Positions 37,458 to 50,790 of a stretch of DNA of 64,000 bases are shown here, piece after piece. A program made the translations under genes and the position numbers. Source of the DNA: Podarcis tiliguerta (Eukaryota); the NCBI GenBank assembly GCA_965153285.1, contig OZ229114.1; one strand, 5' to 3'. Position 1 is the first letter of the stretch. Every line of letters begins with the position of its first letter. Below the pieces are notes generated by a model. That model was not told the DNA's origin and did not search any database. It was given only the letters and a program-made list of their open reading frames with translations.

Positions 37458-39489
37458 TAAAAATATCTGTAAGCGGTGTACAGAAAACAGCAGCTGAGAA
37501 CATGCGTCTCTTTACTCCCAGAAAGAACACTCTGCTCCATATTCAAGTTGCCCTGGCACTGCAGAACCAAGGGAATAGCATTACCTAGAGGTAATGGTTT
37601 GCTGGATTCTGTACATGTACTTGAAGGCAAGGAGGCCTACCACTCCAGATGAGATGATAATGCTGGAGTATGACTTGGTACCTGAATTTGCTTGCTTCCC
37701 TCCCCATTCTGTTTCCTTTTATTATCAAACATTTCAGATCATGAGTCTGCAAAGAGGAGATGGTGTGTCTTTTAAACCCTGTGCAATGTGTGAAAATGTT
37801 AGGCACTTTACAACTGAAAAATAATTAAAACAACAACAACAACAACAGGAAGTTAACAATGAAATGTTCCAGAAGAGGAAAGTGATTGTTATTCAGAGAT
37901 ATATTGAGAGCTATTCTGTCAGAGAGGTCTAAATAGAAACAATAAGAATGATTTTGAGTAAAAGCACAAGTTTATGTCACCTTTCAACCGACACAAATGA
38001 TCTTTTGAACATCTTGTAGCTTACCCTGTTTTCCTATCAATATTTGATTTTTGTTAGTGACTAAATAGAAGCTATTGTGAAATGCAAAAGTTACATTATG
38101 CAACAACTTTTTGCCTAGGGACCTGAGACTGGAGCAATGTCTTTCATTTAAAACCTTCCTTAAAATGTGGAGAAAACAGCCTGCAACAAACCCTAGTAAA
38201 ACCATAGCAATTCCAGAGCAAATCACTCATGACTTCACCCCCCTTTTAATAATTGTGACTTAAACAATTCCCGTGCAACCTGGTTTCAATCATTGTTGCA
38301 GTTTTGAAACTGCAATTTCAAACTGAAATTGCAAATCTCAAAGGCAGCTCAGTTTACAGTTGACCGATTAAGCTTGGTATCTGAATTGTTTAGAAAAAAA
38401 ATTATTTCCATAAAATGGTTTGAAAAGCAGTCCAATAGCCAAGTGTGTATAATAGCTACCCATACAATTTTCTTTCCAAAGCAAATAATACTTTGTAAAC
38501 TTTCTGAAAAGCCTTAGTTTTGACTTCAAAGAGTTTAACATCATTCTCCATGTTCTCGCACCACTCCTACTATTGCTAGCATTCCCATTGACTGTTAACA
38601 AGCAACTACTGTCTTGATTGGTCACGCATTCTCCACAATCACTTCTTCCACTCAGTGGGGCTATATTAGCCAATCACATTTAGAACTGTGTGTTATCATG
38701 GTTTAGGATAAAGATGTCATCATGTTATGGTCCAATTGTTCACATTTAAAGGGCAACATTTTGGATTAGGGAGCAAAATAATTAACATATTGCTGGGAAT
38801 TCCCACTGATTCTCAGTGTCTTAGTTTTTTAATCTATAAAAACGTACCAAATGAAATTAACTTTCACCAACATGATATCTTCATGAAAAATTTATTTTCA
38901 CAAACCTGAAAGGCTCTCAGCTGCAAGCTTCTTATGTGCTGCTATAAAACCGTCCTATAATTAATTGGGGGAGATCCCAAAAATATTCATTAGTCATGCT
39001 TTGCACTTGTGATGTTTCCAGTAATTATGATGAGAACTGAAACAAATCTGCCCAGAATTTCCTTAAAATTTTTCTCTGAGAATTTTCACAGTGAATATCA
39101 TCCAGGTGTATTCTGCTTATGTAGACAGCTCCCATATTTTGTGTATGACAGAATTTGACAGTTTTGATGAGAAACCAGTAATATCTAATAGTAAGTGGAT
39201 GACAAATAGCAGCCAACATTTGACACCATCTGATAAATGAGTTGCAATATAATTTAATGAATTTTGTACATGTCATTCAAAGAAGTCAAAGCAGGTGATT
39301 TTTTTTTAACTTTGTTGTCAAATTGGGATTCCCCAAGGCTGAATTTCTCAACCAAATTACAAGCTGAAATTTAAGCATTCACTAACTTTTACATTTTGTG
39401 AAATTTAATTTCTGCCCCAGTTCTGAATAGGCTGCTCTGTTCTTGGATTAACTTTAAAATGGATCACACCTGAAGAAATGCTACTCTTT

Positions 39490-40590
39490 TTAAATAATAA
39501 TAATAATAATAATAATTTTTATTAATTTTTCATTAATAACAATCCAATGGAGGCCACATTAATACAATGCCAAATCATGCGAAATCACAATAAAATCAAA
39601 AGAGCCAATTAAACAGTTCCGAATGAAACATTTTTGGATGACTTTCCATGTTCCGGCTATCAGGAGTTGATATTCCTTGATCCTGTGCCAATTCTCTTAA
39701 TTAGTCCAAGTTCCACAATTCCTATCTTAATCCTTTGTTCTAGCAGCCACTGATGTGATGACTTTTGATCGTGTTTAGTAAATCCAAATCCATTAACTTG
39801 CAGAGGGAAATTATATCCTGTAGCTGTGTGAAATATTTGTTTACCTTCTTCATTTCCTTCACGTTATAATCAGTCAATTTTCTTCAACATTGCCCCTCCT
39901 TCAAAAGCTCATTTCTAGGTGCATCACAGCTCAATTTTGCCTTTCTGAAACCGAAAACAGAAACAAGTCCGTCCGTGACTTCTGGCTTACTTTCAGTGTT
40001 TACCTCCTTGTTTCTTCTAACGAGCTGGTGTCTCACCAAAACTATCATAAATCAGAACTGGAGCTCTCTTTAGTTGGCAATGTTACAAGTCATCACAGTA
40101 TTTCACACAGTCTATTCTTTCAAGCACCCCATCAAGAAAATTATAAGTTCTTGTTGAATCCCCCTTGCATTCCATATATAGTTGTAATCCATCATGGGGG
40201 GCCATTAATATTTGATTCTTTTTCAGTGAAGGCTTGCTAATTCATAGCACAGCAAAAAAAGACAACAAAGGTTCCCTTCACTTAGCATTCCAGTTACGAT
40301 GACAAGAGTCCTCTCCAGATCAAAACCTTGGCACTCAGTGGCTGATTCATTTCGCAGATTATCTTTCTTCTTCTTCCAAAACACGTCTGTTTCTTTAGTC
40401 CAAATTCAGACACATCTTAAAAGAAACAGAGACCTCCCCTCATGGCAACCGCACTGGGGAGTTTCCAGGAGTTTCCAATACAGGCAGTACTATGCCCTCT
40501 GCATCCCGGACTCCGCATTCCATCAGAACCAGAAGCAGTTATCGGACGATCCATGAGAGAAAGCTCCCGCCCACCAACCCTGGGGATAAT
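39490..40590 (-). mobile_element. Probable internally deleted L1/Tx1-like retroelement
   Basis: A-rich, (TTA)n-type tail at the low-coordinate end, purine-rich minus strand and a CpG-richer 5'-like end near 40430-40585. No intact ORF. Confidence 0.4.
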
Positions 40591-41892
40591 ACTCCCAAAT
40601 TATCCTTAATTAACTGCACGGCTGGCATCCGCTATCATGGTATCGGCAGTTTGCCATGGCAGCTGCACCAGAAGTCAAGAAATGCACTGGGAATGTACTG
40701 CTTACCTGACTTCCCTCTGGCTGAGTTGCTTCTGCAAACCAGGTTAAAGGACAACAGAGCAGTGAGGTGGGTGTGGTGCAAACATGCTGGCAGAGGTAAT
40801 CTGGCATTCCTACTGACATTTGCACCATGTCAACCTTGCCACCACCATGCCCCTTCCCCCCTCCATCCCAGAATGCAGCAGCGACTCAGTGAGTCATGTG
40901 AGTGGTGCTGCTCCGCTACATAATTAGCTACATTATGCTGCCATTCTTTCTGTTTACACCCCTCAAACATTGGACATCATTATGACTTCTCTTTTTAAGT
41001 CATTAGCATCTGCTAATAATTGTTCTTTTCCAGACTGGAACTTTGAAAGCCCAGGCCAATTGTTTGTAATTCAGTATAAATTCTCTCTCGATACATTATG
41101 AATCTCTTAGTGCCACTGAGGGGGGCTCAATTAGCATAGACTGCTGAGAAGCACTTGGAATACTTAATCTTTTAAGAACTACAAACTTTAATATTAATCA
41201 CTTAAGTTTTAATAAGAAGGCATAAATTGTAGCCTTGATTCCAAAGCACATTTGGAAACAAAATTTCCATTTTATTTTGTTACATTTCTTAATGTGGAGG
41301 GGAAAGCAAGGATGAAAGCTTCTTAATGAAGTGAAGGGATGGAAACCTCAAAAGATTGCTCTTTAAAGTGGAGGGGCATTAAAAATCATCCGCAACAGTG
41401 GCATTTGTGATTCTTATAATCTTATCTCAAGGGCATTTGAGTAAATTTAAACATGCGCAGGAGCTTTTAAAAAGTTACTTTTGCTATATGGAACTGCAAA
41501 TCCACTTTGCAAACATGATATACCCTGACAGTTGTTGAACCAGCACCGTTTTCTTGGGGTGGAGGCCTCCATATAGCCCTTTGACGTGGTCCTAATTCAT
41601 CCTACATAAGGCTTCTTTACAGTTCATCACAAGAGAGCAGCACTGAGGCTGACATCACCTCAGCTTTACCTAGGCTAAAATGCCTATCCTGATAGTAAAA
41701 TGGAGAGGTGCTGCTTCACTGGCTGGGTTGATTGGCAGCATGTAAACAGAATACATTGCCAATGTCTTGCCCAAACGAGTGCTTCTTTTACAGCATAGCA
41801 GGATGACTTCCCACAGTGGAAAGCCACTGGAACCATGTTATATGTCTGGGGTCTATATCTGGGGGTATGATGGGGACAGAGCACAAAAGTGA

Positions 41893-41983
41893 AGCTGTAA
41901 TCTTAACCATGTCTACCTAGAAGCAAGTCCCTCTGAATTCAAAAGGGCTTACTACAAGATAAGTGGGGTTAGAACTGCAGCCT
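41893..41983. mobile_element. Short palindromic MITE
   Basis: gctgtaatctta...caagtccctctgaattcaaaagggcttac...ttagaactgcagcc. Confidence 0.65.
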
Positions 41984-42974
41984 CAGACAAAAGACCAGTA
42001 GTAATTTTATCCTTTAAGGAAAGCAGGAGAAGGAGATGGGCTGGAGTATCCTAACTTGAACACTGGGAAGTACCTTCAAGGAATACTTTGTCCCTGAGTA
42101 GTTGCACCCCTCATTGTTTGCCAGGAGATGAAAGCTTAACTAACCAACCTGAAGAACAGAATATAGTCAAATCCTTAGATGTTGCCCACTTCAGGTTACT
42201 TATATGGAAAGCACCTTTTCACTTAATCAGGAATTAATTTATCCTTTGCATTTGTGAGACTGTTCTCTTACACTAAACCTTTGCAGTAGCTACCAACGCC
42301 ATTTTTGTTTTTCTGAAATGCTTTCCTTTATTTACACTTCAATCTTCAGTGTATCCTGTACTACAGTACAAATCGGGGGGGGGGGTGAGTTTATGGGATA
42401 AAAAACCACATTAAAACATTACCCTACCCACCTTCCTAAGCGATAGCATTGCGGCATATGTAGTAATGCCATAAACCATAGAATGTGTGGGGAAATTGAA
42501 CAATTTAATATAGCACTATAAATTGCTTGTTCCTCCAATATGGCTAGAAAACCAATTTTCACAGTAGCAGGCCACAAGAGGTAAACACATCCCCAATGGA
42601 AGAACTCTTTCAGATTGAAATTGCAGCAAATGAGACATACTTATTCATGACCATGGGAATGTTGATGGGTGGGGGTGGGGAGAATAATAATTTCAAAACT
42701 TTTCCTTCTCCTTCTTCTCCCCCCTCTTTTTTTTTTTGCTTCTAAATAAATTACCAATAGGCACTGCTAGCCTAACTGAAGAGCTTGTATAACTTCAGAC
42801 AGGTAATTTACATGCAGTGATTGGATGTAGAATTGATGCATCAAAGGGACCATGGCGCTTCAGTGTTCTCACTGCGCCCTTTATACCCTTTTAGCTGCAT
42901 CCATTTTCTGTAACTAAATAGCTGGAAAAAAATTTACATAATCCATAATTTTTTACATAAGAGGAAGGGGGCTG

Positions 42975-43313
42975 GGCTGAGCTTGCTGAGCGCCATTTTA
43001 AGCAGTTCCTCTCCGCAGCCAGCCCTTTCATGCTGCTCATCTTCTCTCCGCCGCTGCCCTGGTGCTCCTTTGGGCCAGAGAGCAGAGCAGACGAGCTTGC
43101 TCTGCTTACCCATGAGAAGCAGCAGCAGTGGTGGTGGCAGCAGCCCCAGGGAAGGTAAGCACAGCGGCTGGGGCTAGGGGGATGAGGAGGAGGACTACTT
43201 GTCCCCCTCGCCTCTTCTTCCAGCTCCTGCCCCCCGGTGCCACTTCTCCGGCCTGCCACAAGGTCTGAGGGACAGTGGACCGGCCCGCAGCTAAAAAAAA
43301 TTGTTGACCCCTG
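42975..43313 (+). mobile_element. Truncated GC-rich hAT-Charlie (OC1-like) element, right end preserved
   Basis: ccacaaggtctgagggacagtggaccggccc...gacccctg matches the right end of 55957-56212. Left TIR not found. Confidence 0.7.
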
Positions 43314-45050
43314 CGTTATAAGAACAATTCTTTAAGAACAGGTGCCTCGGTTTGATTTCCTTTTCCCTCTTCCCTCCTTGTCCCATTAGTTCACACTGCA
43401 CACAGAGGCCTATGGGATCAGTGCCAGTAGAAGCCATAGTTCCTGGTCTCAGGGATGGAGGACAGGTTGGGGACCTTCTTAGTGTATTCATGCCTACCCC
43501 CTGCCCAAGAGCACTGCTTTACTTTCCCTCCGTAGGAACTGCATTCATTTGTATGCAAGAGATAATAAATGGGTTTCATGCATATTTATGGCATCCAATC
43601 CCAGTTAGAAGATAACTTATTTAATTGTGCATGTATTTCAATGCATGTGTACATACTGTCCTTTAGGTCTTCTGTATTGGATTTCTGGGTCCAGTGTTGC
43701 CAAAAATCCCCCTTTCACCCAATGCTCTCAGGAAAGGGATTGGCTCATACATATGAGCCATCTGTTAAACTGTTTCTTTAATTATTGTAGAATCTGTGGA
43801 ACATTCCACACTGGGATCCAGGATCTCAACTTTATTTTTGGCAGGTTTAAAATGCTCTTTAGTATTTTATGATAGGCAGGAAACACAATGTCGTAGTGTT
43901 TTGCAGCATGGATTTGTGAAGAATGCAGTAAACTACTGGAAAAGAATAAACCTCAGCTTTTGCTTGAGTACCCAATAGAGTGCTTGTGCTAGGGTGAAAT
44001 GACTGGATTAATCTCCAAGACCGAGCCTGCCTATCTCTTTGTGTGACAATTCTGCTACTTCCTGAGTGGCTTTTAAATACTTCAGAGTTGTATTATGATG
44101 CCAATATACACCATGGATAATTCATTTTAAAGAGCTTATCTGAAAAACTTCTCTCTACCAGACTACTAATCAGAAAAAAATACATTTTAGCAGTACCTAG
44201 CTATTATAATCCAAATGAATAAAAACACCAATAAGCAAACAGCTTCCTAAATTGCTCTTTTAAATTTTAACTAAGAATGCAGCTCTAATTATATTTTACT
44301 TTGATGTAAATCCAACCAAAATTAAGAAGGCTTTCCTAGAATCCCACTTGGTTTTACCAGATGTCCTTGATGTCCTTCAGTCTGTAGGGATACCCAGATG
44401 TCCGCCATCTTGTTTAAGTTTTGAATCTTCAGAACCCTGCTAGTAGCACATTTTCAGGATCAAAGTTTTTTCCTCCCCACAGGCTAAATTTGCATTTGAG
44501 TAATGAAACTTGCATTCTCTTCTGTAGCTAAAATATCACATGCTCCTAGCAAAGCAGACTCTGCCAAGAGCGAACTTCGCTAGTCAACGCTCTTGAGAGA
44601 ATGATACTTTTCATTACAAGGGGATGCAGTTTAATGAACTGGATGGATTCACTTGCCTCTAGTGCTTCTCTGGAGCTTGTGATGATCCCCAGATGATGAG
44701 TCACAATTTGCATTTAAAAAGAGGCTGACAATTCTATTGAAAAAGCATCAGGCTCAAGAGCCTAGAAGCAGTTTCCTTACTATTTAGCCTGACTGATATT
44801 GGCTATTATTGCAGCCTTGATACTGTTCATTCAACAACACTGATAAACTATATGTGTATTATTATTATTATTTAAAAAGTTGCAAAAGATCCATAGGATG
44901 CTTACATATTGCTAACCAGATGAACAGAAGGAAATATCTGAGGAATTACAGACCATCCACCCCTTGTTTCAGAGGATTGGAAGCTCAAAATGCACAGCTT
45001 TGAAATCCCATTGAAATCCTCTGCTAGTCTTGTTTATTTTCTTACTTTTT

Positions 45051-45080
45051 ATGTATGTATGTATGTATGTATGTATGTAT
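45051..45080. repeat. (ATGT)n microsatellite
   Basis: Direct reading. Confidence 0.95.
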
Positions 45081-47530
45081 TTTGAATATTTTCTTCACCT
45101 CCAACATTAAAACTATAATGCTGGTAAGCAACATAAAATCAACAAAAAAATCACATCAATAAAAGAAATGGATCATAAATCAATAGATCTGATTAATATA
45201 TCCCACATTTCTTCCATCATGGAATATGCACCCAGTTCCTTAAACTGTCATCTATTCATGCCCTGTCAAGATCCAAACTAGAACTGCCAATAATTTGGCT
45301 TGGGATTATTCTTACGCATTAAATGTTTCCTTGCTGTGGTTGGCATTTGTGTTATTCCATTATGCTTCGTTTAGATTCAGTAAATCTGAATTTACTGTAA
45401 TTTTACTGTTTAACTGTGATGTCAACCTGCAGAAGGGGCACCTTCAAAGCTTCAATGTCCGTAGACTCCCTAGTGTGTTGAGCCCCAGATCAGGATCTGA
45501 CATGCTAAATGTAGCTACACAGGGTTTTCAGAGGTTTAGCATTAGGTACAGGATCAAGCTCCCAACTCCATAGGCCCGTCTCAGGCAGTACAAACACAAC
45601 TTCTCAGCTGGTACATCCCAAGACCTCCTTATCCAAGGTTTGGGTGTTGGGAGAGTGAAAGGTCCAGGGGTTCTGCTGCTGGCCCCCCTTAAGATATGGT
45701 CTGCTCCTCCCAAATGCTTGTCATATGGGGTTGGGGCCTTCTGTGTTCCATTGCAGGTGGAAGAGGGACCTGTAGCGGAGCCAAGAGACCCTCAGCTCAG
45801 CTTGGCTCCTTTTCCAGGAAACTACCGGTATTTCCCGCCTCTCTGGCAATTGCTTCTTCTGGGCTATTTAAGCTCCTGAGCCTCAACAGCCCTTCCAGTA
45901 ACAGGTGCTTCTATCCTGCCCTGCTTCCCCCTATGCAGGCTGAGTAGCAGCAGTCTTATCTCTTGGTGAGGCAGATTGGGGCCAACTTAAAGGGAGAGTC
46001 ACAGCAAAAGCTATTGTACCTGAAGTGATCTCCAGCAGATCTTTTGATGCCCATTTGCGTTGCCTAGAGAAATTATTTTGTGAGGTGACTAAATAAATAT
46101 TAAAATGTTTTTATATTGTGTTGTGCTACAGTGCTATACACACTTACTTGGGAGTAACGTCCATTAAACTCAAGAGATGTATATGGTTGTGCTGGACATA
46201 TCTCAAGAAATGTTATGAGCCTACTTTATAAGACAAAAGCACAAATGACTGCAGCAAAATCTTAATGTAGACCATCAGTAATTTGAGTGAAGCTCTGAAG
46301 ACCAACAATGGGAAATAGATCACAAAATTATGTTTGATTAGGCACAATTCTTTGTGTGGGTTGTTGCTGCTTTTACCAAATAGTTATACCATTAAAACTT
46401 GCTCCTGAAAAACCAGAAACAATGAGAGAGAGTTCTGGGGCAGAGAGCCTAGTCCAGTACTGAAGGAAAAGGCTCTCCACAATTGAACATGTGCTTGTAG
46501 CAATAATCCATTACTCTTGTGCCCTGGTAAACTAAACTGATTAAATGATTTTATATTTGCAAAGGAAGCCATGCATCAAACTGTTAATAAAGTTACTTAT
46601 GCGCTACAGACACTAACTGACTCCAGCAATGTTTGCATGGGAAAGGGAGCAAAATCTATATTATTGATCTTTAAGGAAACACATACAGTTCTGTGCTATA
46701 CTTTCAAGATGTTGAGGCTGGTTGGTTAAGAAAGCATGTGCCCTGATCATTTAATACTGTCCCAGATACAGAGGCCTTGTTACTTAGTATATCACACAAC
46801 ATTTGCTGCGCCACTGATCAGAATTCTGACCTCTGTAAAACCTGGATGAGCATATCAAAAGAATGTTAAAGGAATGTAAGGATTTTCTAAAGGAGATGAG
46901 CAAATTCTTTGCTTCACCAAGAAAGAGACAGACCACCAGATACTTGTGTCTCAGTCAAGGGAGGGCACTTGGAAGATTAACTTCTTGGTTTTACCAATGA
47001 ATACAGTTTAAGCAGCCACTGGGTCCAGATGGATCTAAGAGCTGTTAAAGAATTAACCTGTGAAAGTGTGCAGTGTAATTATCACTTAGTAAATGATGTA
47101 AGATGACCAGGTTGGGTGCTCTGCAATTTGTTGAATTGCCCTTTCAAAGCCCGGTTGCAAATTGTGAGGATCCAGGATGTGCCATGCAAGGTACTGTTGT
47201 AAGACAGAGCCTCACTTTATTTTTGCTGGATTTTAGGTTTATTTTTCTGGCCCTTTGTAGGAGACAAATGAGATTGCAGTATTAGCAAGCTACTCTTTTC
47301 TCTATCATGTCTCTATAGCCATACATTACAATTTCAGCTCTTTTGGCACTGATTTGCTTTAAAAGACACATTCCATTGGTGGTACTGATATTTCTCTGTC
47401 TGCCGCTGGTTTTATTTCGATAGGATCCGTTGCTATCAGTAATGGCCTTTTGAAGTCTCAATTGTAGCAAGATAGTGGCATTATTCATCTAACGAGACTT
47501 GCCAGTATCCATATTTTTCATCCCGCACAG

Positions 47531-47545
47531 GCATTGCAAGATCAG
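47531..47545 (+). other. Candidate 15-nt exon
   Basis: catatttttcatcccgcacag|GCATTGCAAGATCAG|gtaaga, with ctaac about 40 nt upstream. Splice motifs only. Confidence 0.33.
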
Positions 47546-50420
47546 GTAAGATTTCTTATGTGGCAAGCATTTGATAATAATACCTTGTTTAAATTGCTAG
47601 AACTATATATTTTTTCCTAGGATTTTTATTCTGTAAGATCTGTCAACCTGGCAATGATATCATTTCCCATTTCATAATTTCCCTCTTTCTCTCCATTTGA
47701 TTGTCCCATCTGCTTTGGAGCCTGCATAATATCCATGTCCTTTTAATACATTATTTCAGTTTTTGAGCAATTGTGCCTTTGATGTGCTACATACTACTCA
47801 TCACTAAAAAAGTTTCTGTTGGCTTGCAAATTGACTAGAGGTATGTGTTCAGTGTTCAACATGCATGCAGTACCACTTGCTGATAGAAAGGGCTTCAGAC
47901 TATAGTTTAAAGACTGACGTGGAAGCAACTGTCTTTTTTCCTTGTTGATTTGTCTCTAGTACCACTAAGAATCATTGTGCTTCTCTATTTTCTATAATGT
48001 TGAGAATGACCTTGTAACCATTACATTTGCAGATGTACCAATGTCTATTTTGCATTTAGATCCCCCCCCCTTTAAGCTACAAATTATTTTATAATTGCAC
48101 TTGTGTAATTCTGGTTTGTCTGTTTTTGTTACTGCACTTGATTATTTTAGTTCTGAGCTTAAAGCTCTTAGACAAGATATTTTGGCTCTAATTTGAAGGG
48201 GGAGGGTTGTGAGAGTTAGACAGAGTGGTGAACCTAGCCAGGAGATTTCATGGGAAGAAGCAGAAAGACAAGGTGGGGAAGAAACTCACAGCTGCTCCTC
48301 AAAACTTCTCCCAGGGGCTGATGGCCACCATTTCCCTTTCCCAAAAGGTCCCCAGGAACAAAGTTGCATAATGATGGACGCCACTCTTACAGGGAATTCT
48401 GGGACAGGATGGCACACACACCCTGAGAAATTGGGCAAAATGCAAATGGTGCTCAGCACTAAGCATGTTGTTCATGTCCAAGACCTGGATGCTAGAAAGA
48501 AGGGTGTAAAGGGTGTTTTAAGGCTCTTGGGAACTAGGCCATCCTTAGCACTGCTCAAGAAATTCCTAACCCTTGGGAGCAAAGATTTATTGCACTGCAC
48601 TTGCCTGGATAAGGTCCTGACAACGCTGAACTAAAACTTAGACCCTTTATGTGTTCTGTAAGCCTTCCTCTCACTAGTAACTGTCCCGCCTTAAGTTGAT
48701 GCTAAGCCCTACCAACAATATCAAATGGGAGTTTGCAAAGAAAGAAAGATCAGTGATGGTAAGTGAAGGCAGATAAGTCGTTCTAGGCCTTCTGGCTTGT
48801 TTGTTGAGACAAGGAAGCTTGTATTTGTCATAGGAATGTTGTTACTAATGCATCTGCAATACATGTTATACTTCCCATGGCTGTCCAGGGTTTTGTTTAT
48901 ATATAAAGTTTCAAGAGAAACAATATTAATTGACAGGCTAAATTGATACATGGCCAGAGAGACAAATAACTGAACATTCAGTTTCTCACTGTGTACTTCC
49001 TTTTGGAGTAAGATTTTTCCCCCTGTCATACCCATTTAGAATCCAAAATGTACTGAGCAAAAGGGGGAATGGATTGTGCTGACTATTTTAGTATGTCTCT
49101 TTTTAAAAATAAAGTATGCAAGGCAATGGGAAACAAGCAATGAGGCTTCTTATCAGTGCAAAAAAAAAGTTGCATAGATCCATTTTCTGTGTACTGTTAA
49201 AATCTGTTGAGAACTCCGAGTTCAAGCAGCTGCTATAGTTGGCACGATTTTACAGAAACTGAAACTCTCCTTAGAAAATGCTGAGACACGACAAAATTCT
49301 CTTGTCTTCTGCAACCGGTACAAATAAAACAACCATGATCAAGAGTAGGAGGAGATGAATGTCAGTCTGAAATCAGCTGCCCACCACTGTTTTTCCTCTA
49401 GGTGGTATAAGAAAATAATGCATGAAGGGATGACAACTGGGGTGGAACTGAATCAAACCTCAGTTTCCTTGTGTTGTTCACAGGCTATAAAACGCCATTA
49501 GAGATTCTTTGGCAACCCAAATGGGGCAAATTATTCAGAGGTGTACTGCAAAACACTTTTCCTTGAGTGGTGACCATGCTCCCTGCAGCTGCCCAGTGCC
49601 ATTTTCCCCACCCCCACTCTTTAGCTACTCAGTTTGGTGTCGTGCCATCATCACACTGCAAAAACAGACTAGCTATGTGATGACAAAAAGCCATATCAGA
49701 GTGAAGGTAATGCTTCAAACTCTTCCTCTGATTTGGCTTTACGATTGCACCATGTAGCCAGGCTTGGCTATGTGACACTATGTGAAAATGAAGGTAAGAA
49801 GCATTTCCTTTAGTCAGATTTGGCATTTAAGATAATGCCACATTGGAGTGGGGGGAATTCTTCTTTCCTTCATCCTGGCACAGCTGAAGGGGCATGGGGA
49901 ATGCATCAAGCAGCATTAGGATTAGCAATTGCCATTGCTATGGTAACCATGAACAGGTAGGGAAGAAGGGAGCAAGTGGCGGTAGGACAGATATGAAAGT
50001 TTTGCATACCCAGACTTCCTTTATGCCCACTGGGTTAGTTTTTGAACATTAAGCTGACCCTAATGAAGACTGAAGGGGCCTCACCCCATTCCCTGTAATC
50101 AAAGCTAGTGCTTGTGCAGAGAATGATAGAAGATAGGATGAAGGAATTCTCCCAGAACTGGAGCATTCTTCCATTACCTGCCCATCCCTACATTGTTTCA
50201 GCAGCTTTTGATTCCATAGTTGTGAGAAAATGCAAACCTCACCAACTCTAGTAGCGTCAGCAATATTTCTTTTTATTTTTGCTATTTGCTATTTATTTGT
50301 GCCTTGTCAAATTTTGTAGCACTGGTCATGATATGCTGCAGTGAGCATTATATTACAGATAGTGCTAAAAATATTACATAGCATATTGCACGATCTGTCC
50401 CAAATTGTGAATGTACCTTA

Positions 50421-50790
50421 CTTCTGAATTATGGTGCTGGAGGAGACTCTTGAGAGTCCCATGGACTGCAAGAAGATCAAACCTATTCATTCTGAAGGAA
50501 ATCAGCCCTGAGTGCTCACTGGAAGGACAGATCCTGAAGCTGAAACTCCAATACTTTGGCCACTTCATGAGAAGAGAAGACTCCCTGGAAAAGACCCTGA
50601 TGTTGGGAAAGATGGAGGGCACAAGGAGAAGGGGACGGCAGAGGATGAGATGGTTGGACAGTGTTCTCGAAGCTACCAGCATGAGTTTGACCAAACTGCG
50701 GGAGGCAGTGGAAGACAGGAGTGCCTGGTGTGCTCTGGTCCATGGGGTCACGAAGAGTCAGACACGGCTAAACGACTAAACAACAACAAC
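50421..50790 (+). mobile_element. Bov-B (RTE clade) LINE, 5'-truncated 3' end
   Basis: Open frame ELWCWRRLLRVPWTARRSN...RWLD...TRLND and a (CAA)n tail. Confidence 0.95.

Noticed and set aside
42891-43259. GC-rich ORF or CpG island suggesting a first exon
   Set aside because: It is contiguous with a hAT right terminus shared with 55957-56212, so it is transposon interior.
45470-48720. Possible solo LTRs at ~45470-45960 and ~48190-48718 (also ~8620-8940)
   Set aside because: GC shift and TATA-like motifs only. I could not define TG...CA ends with a matching TSD.
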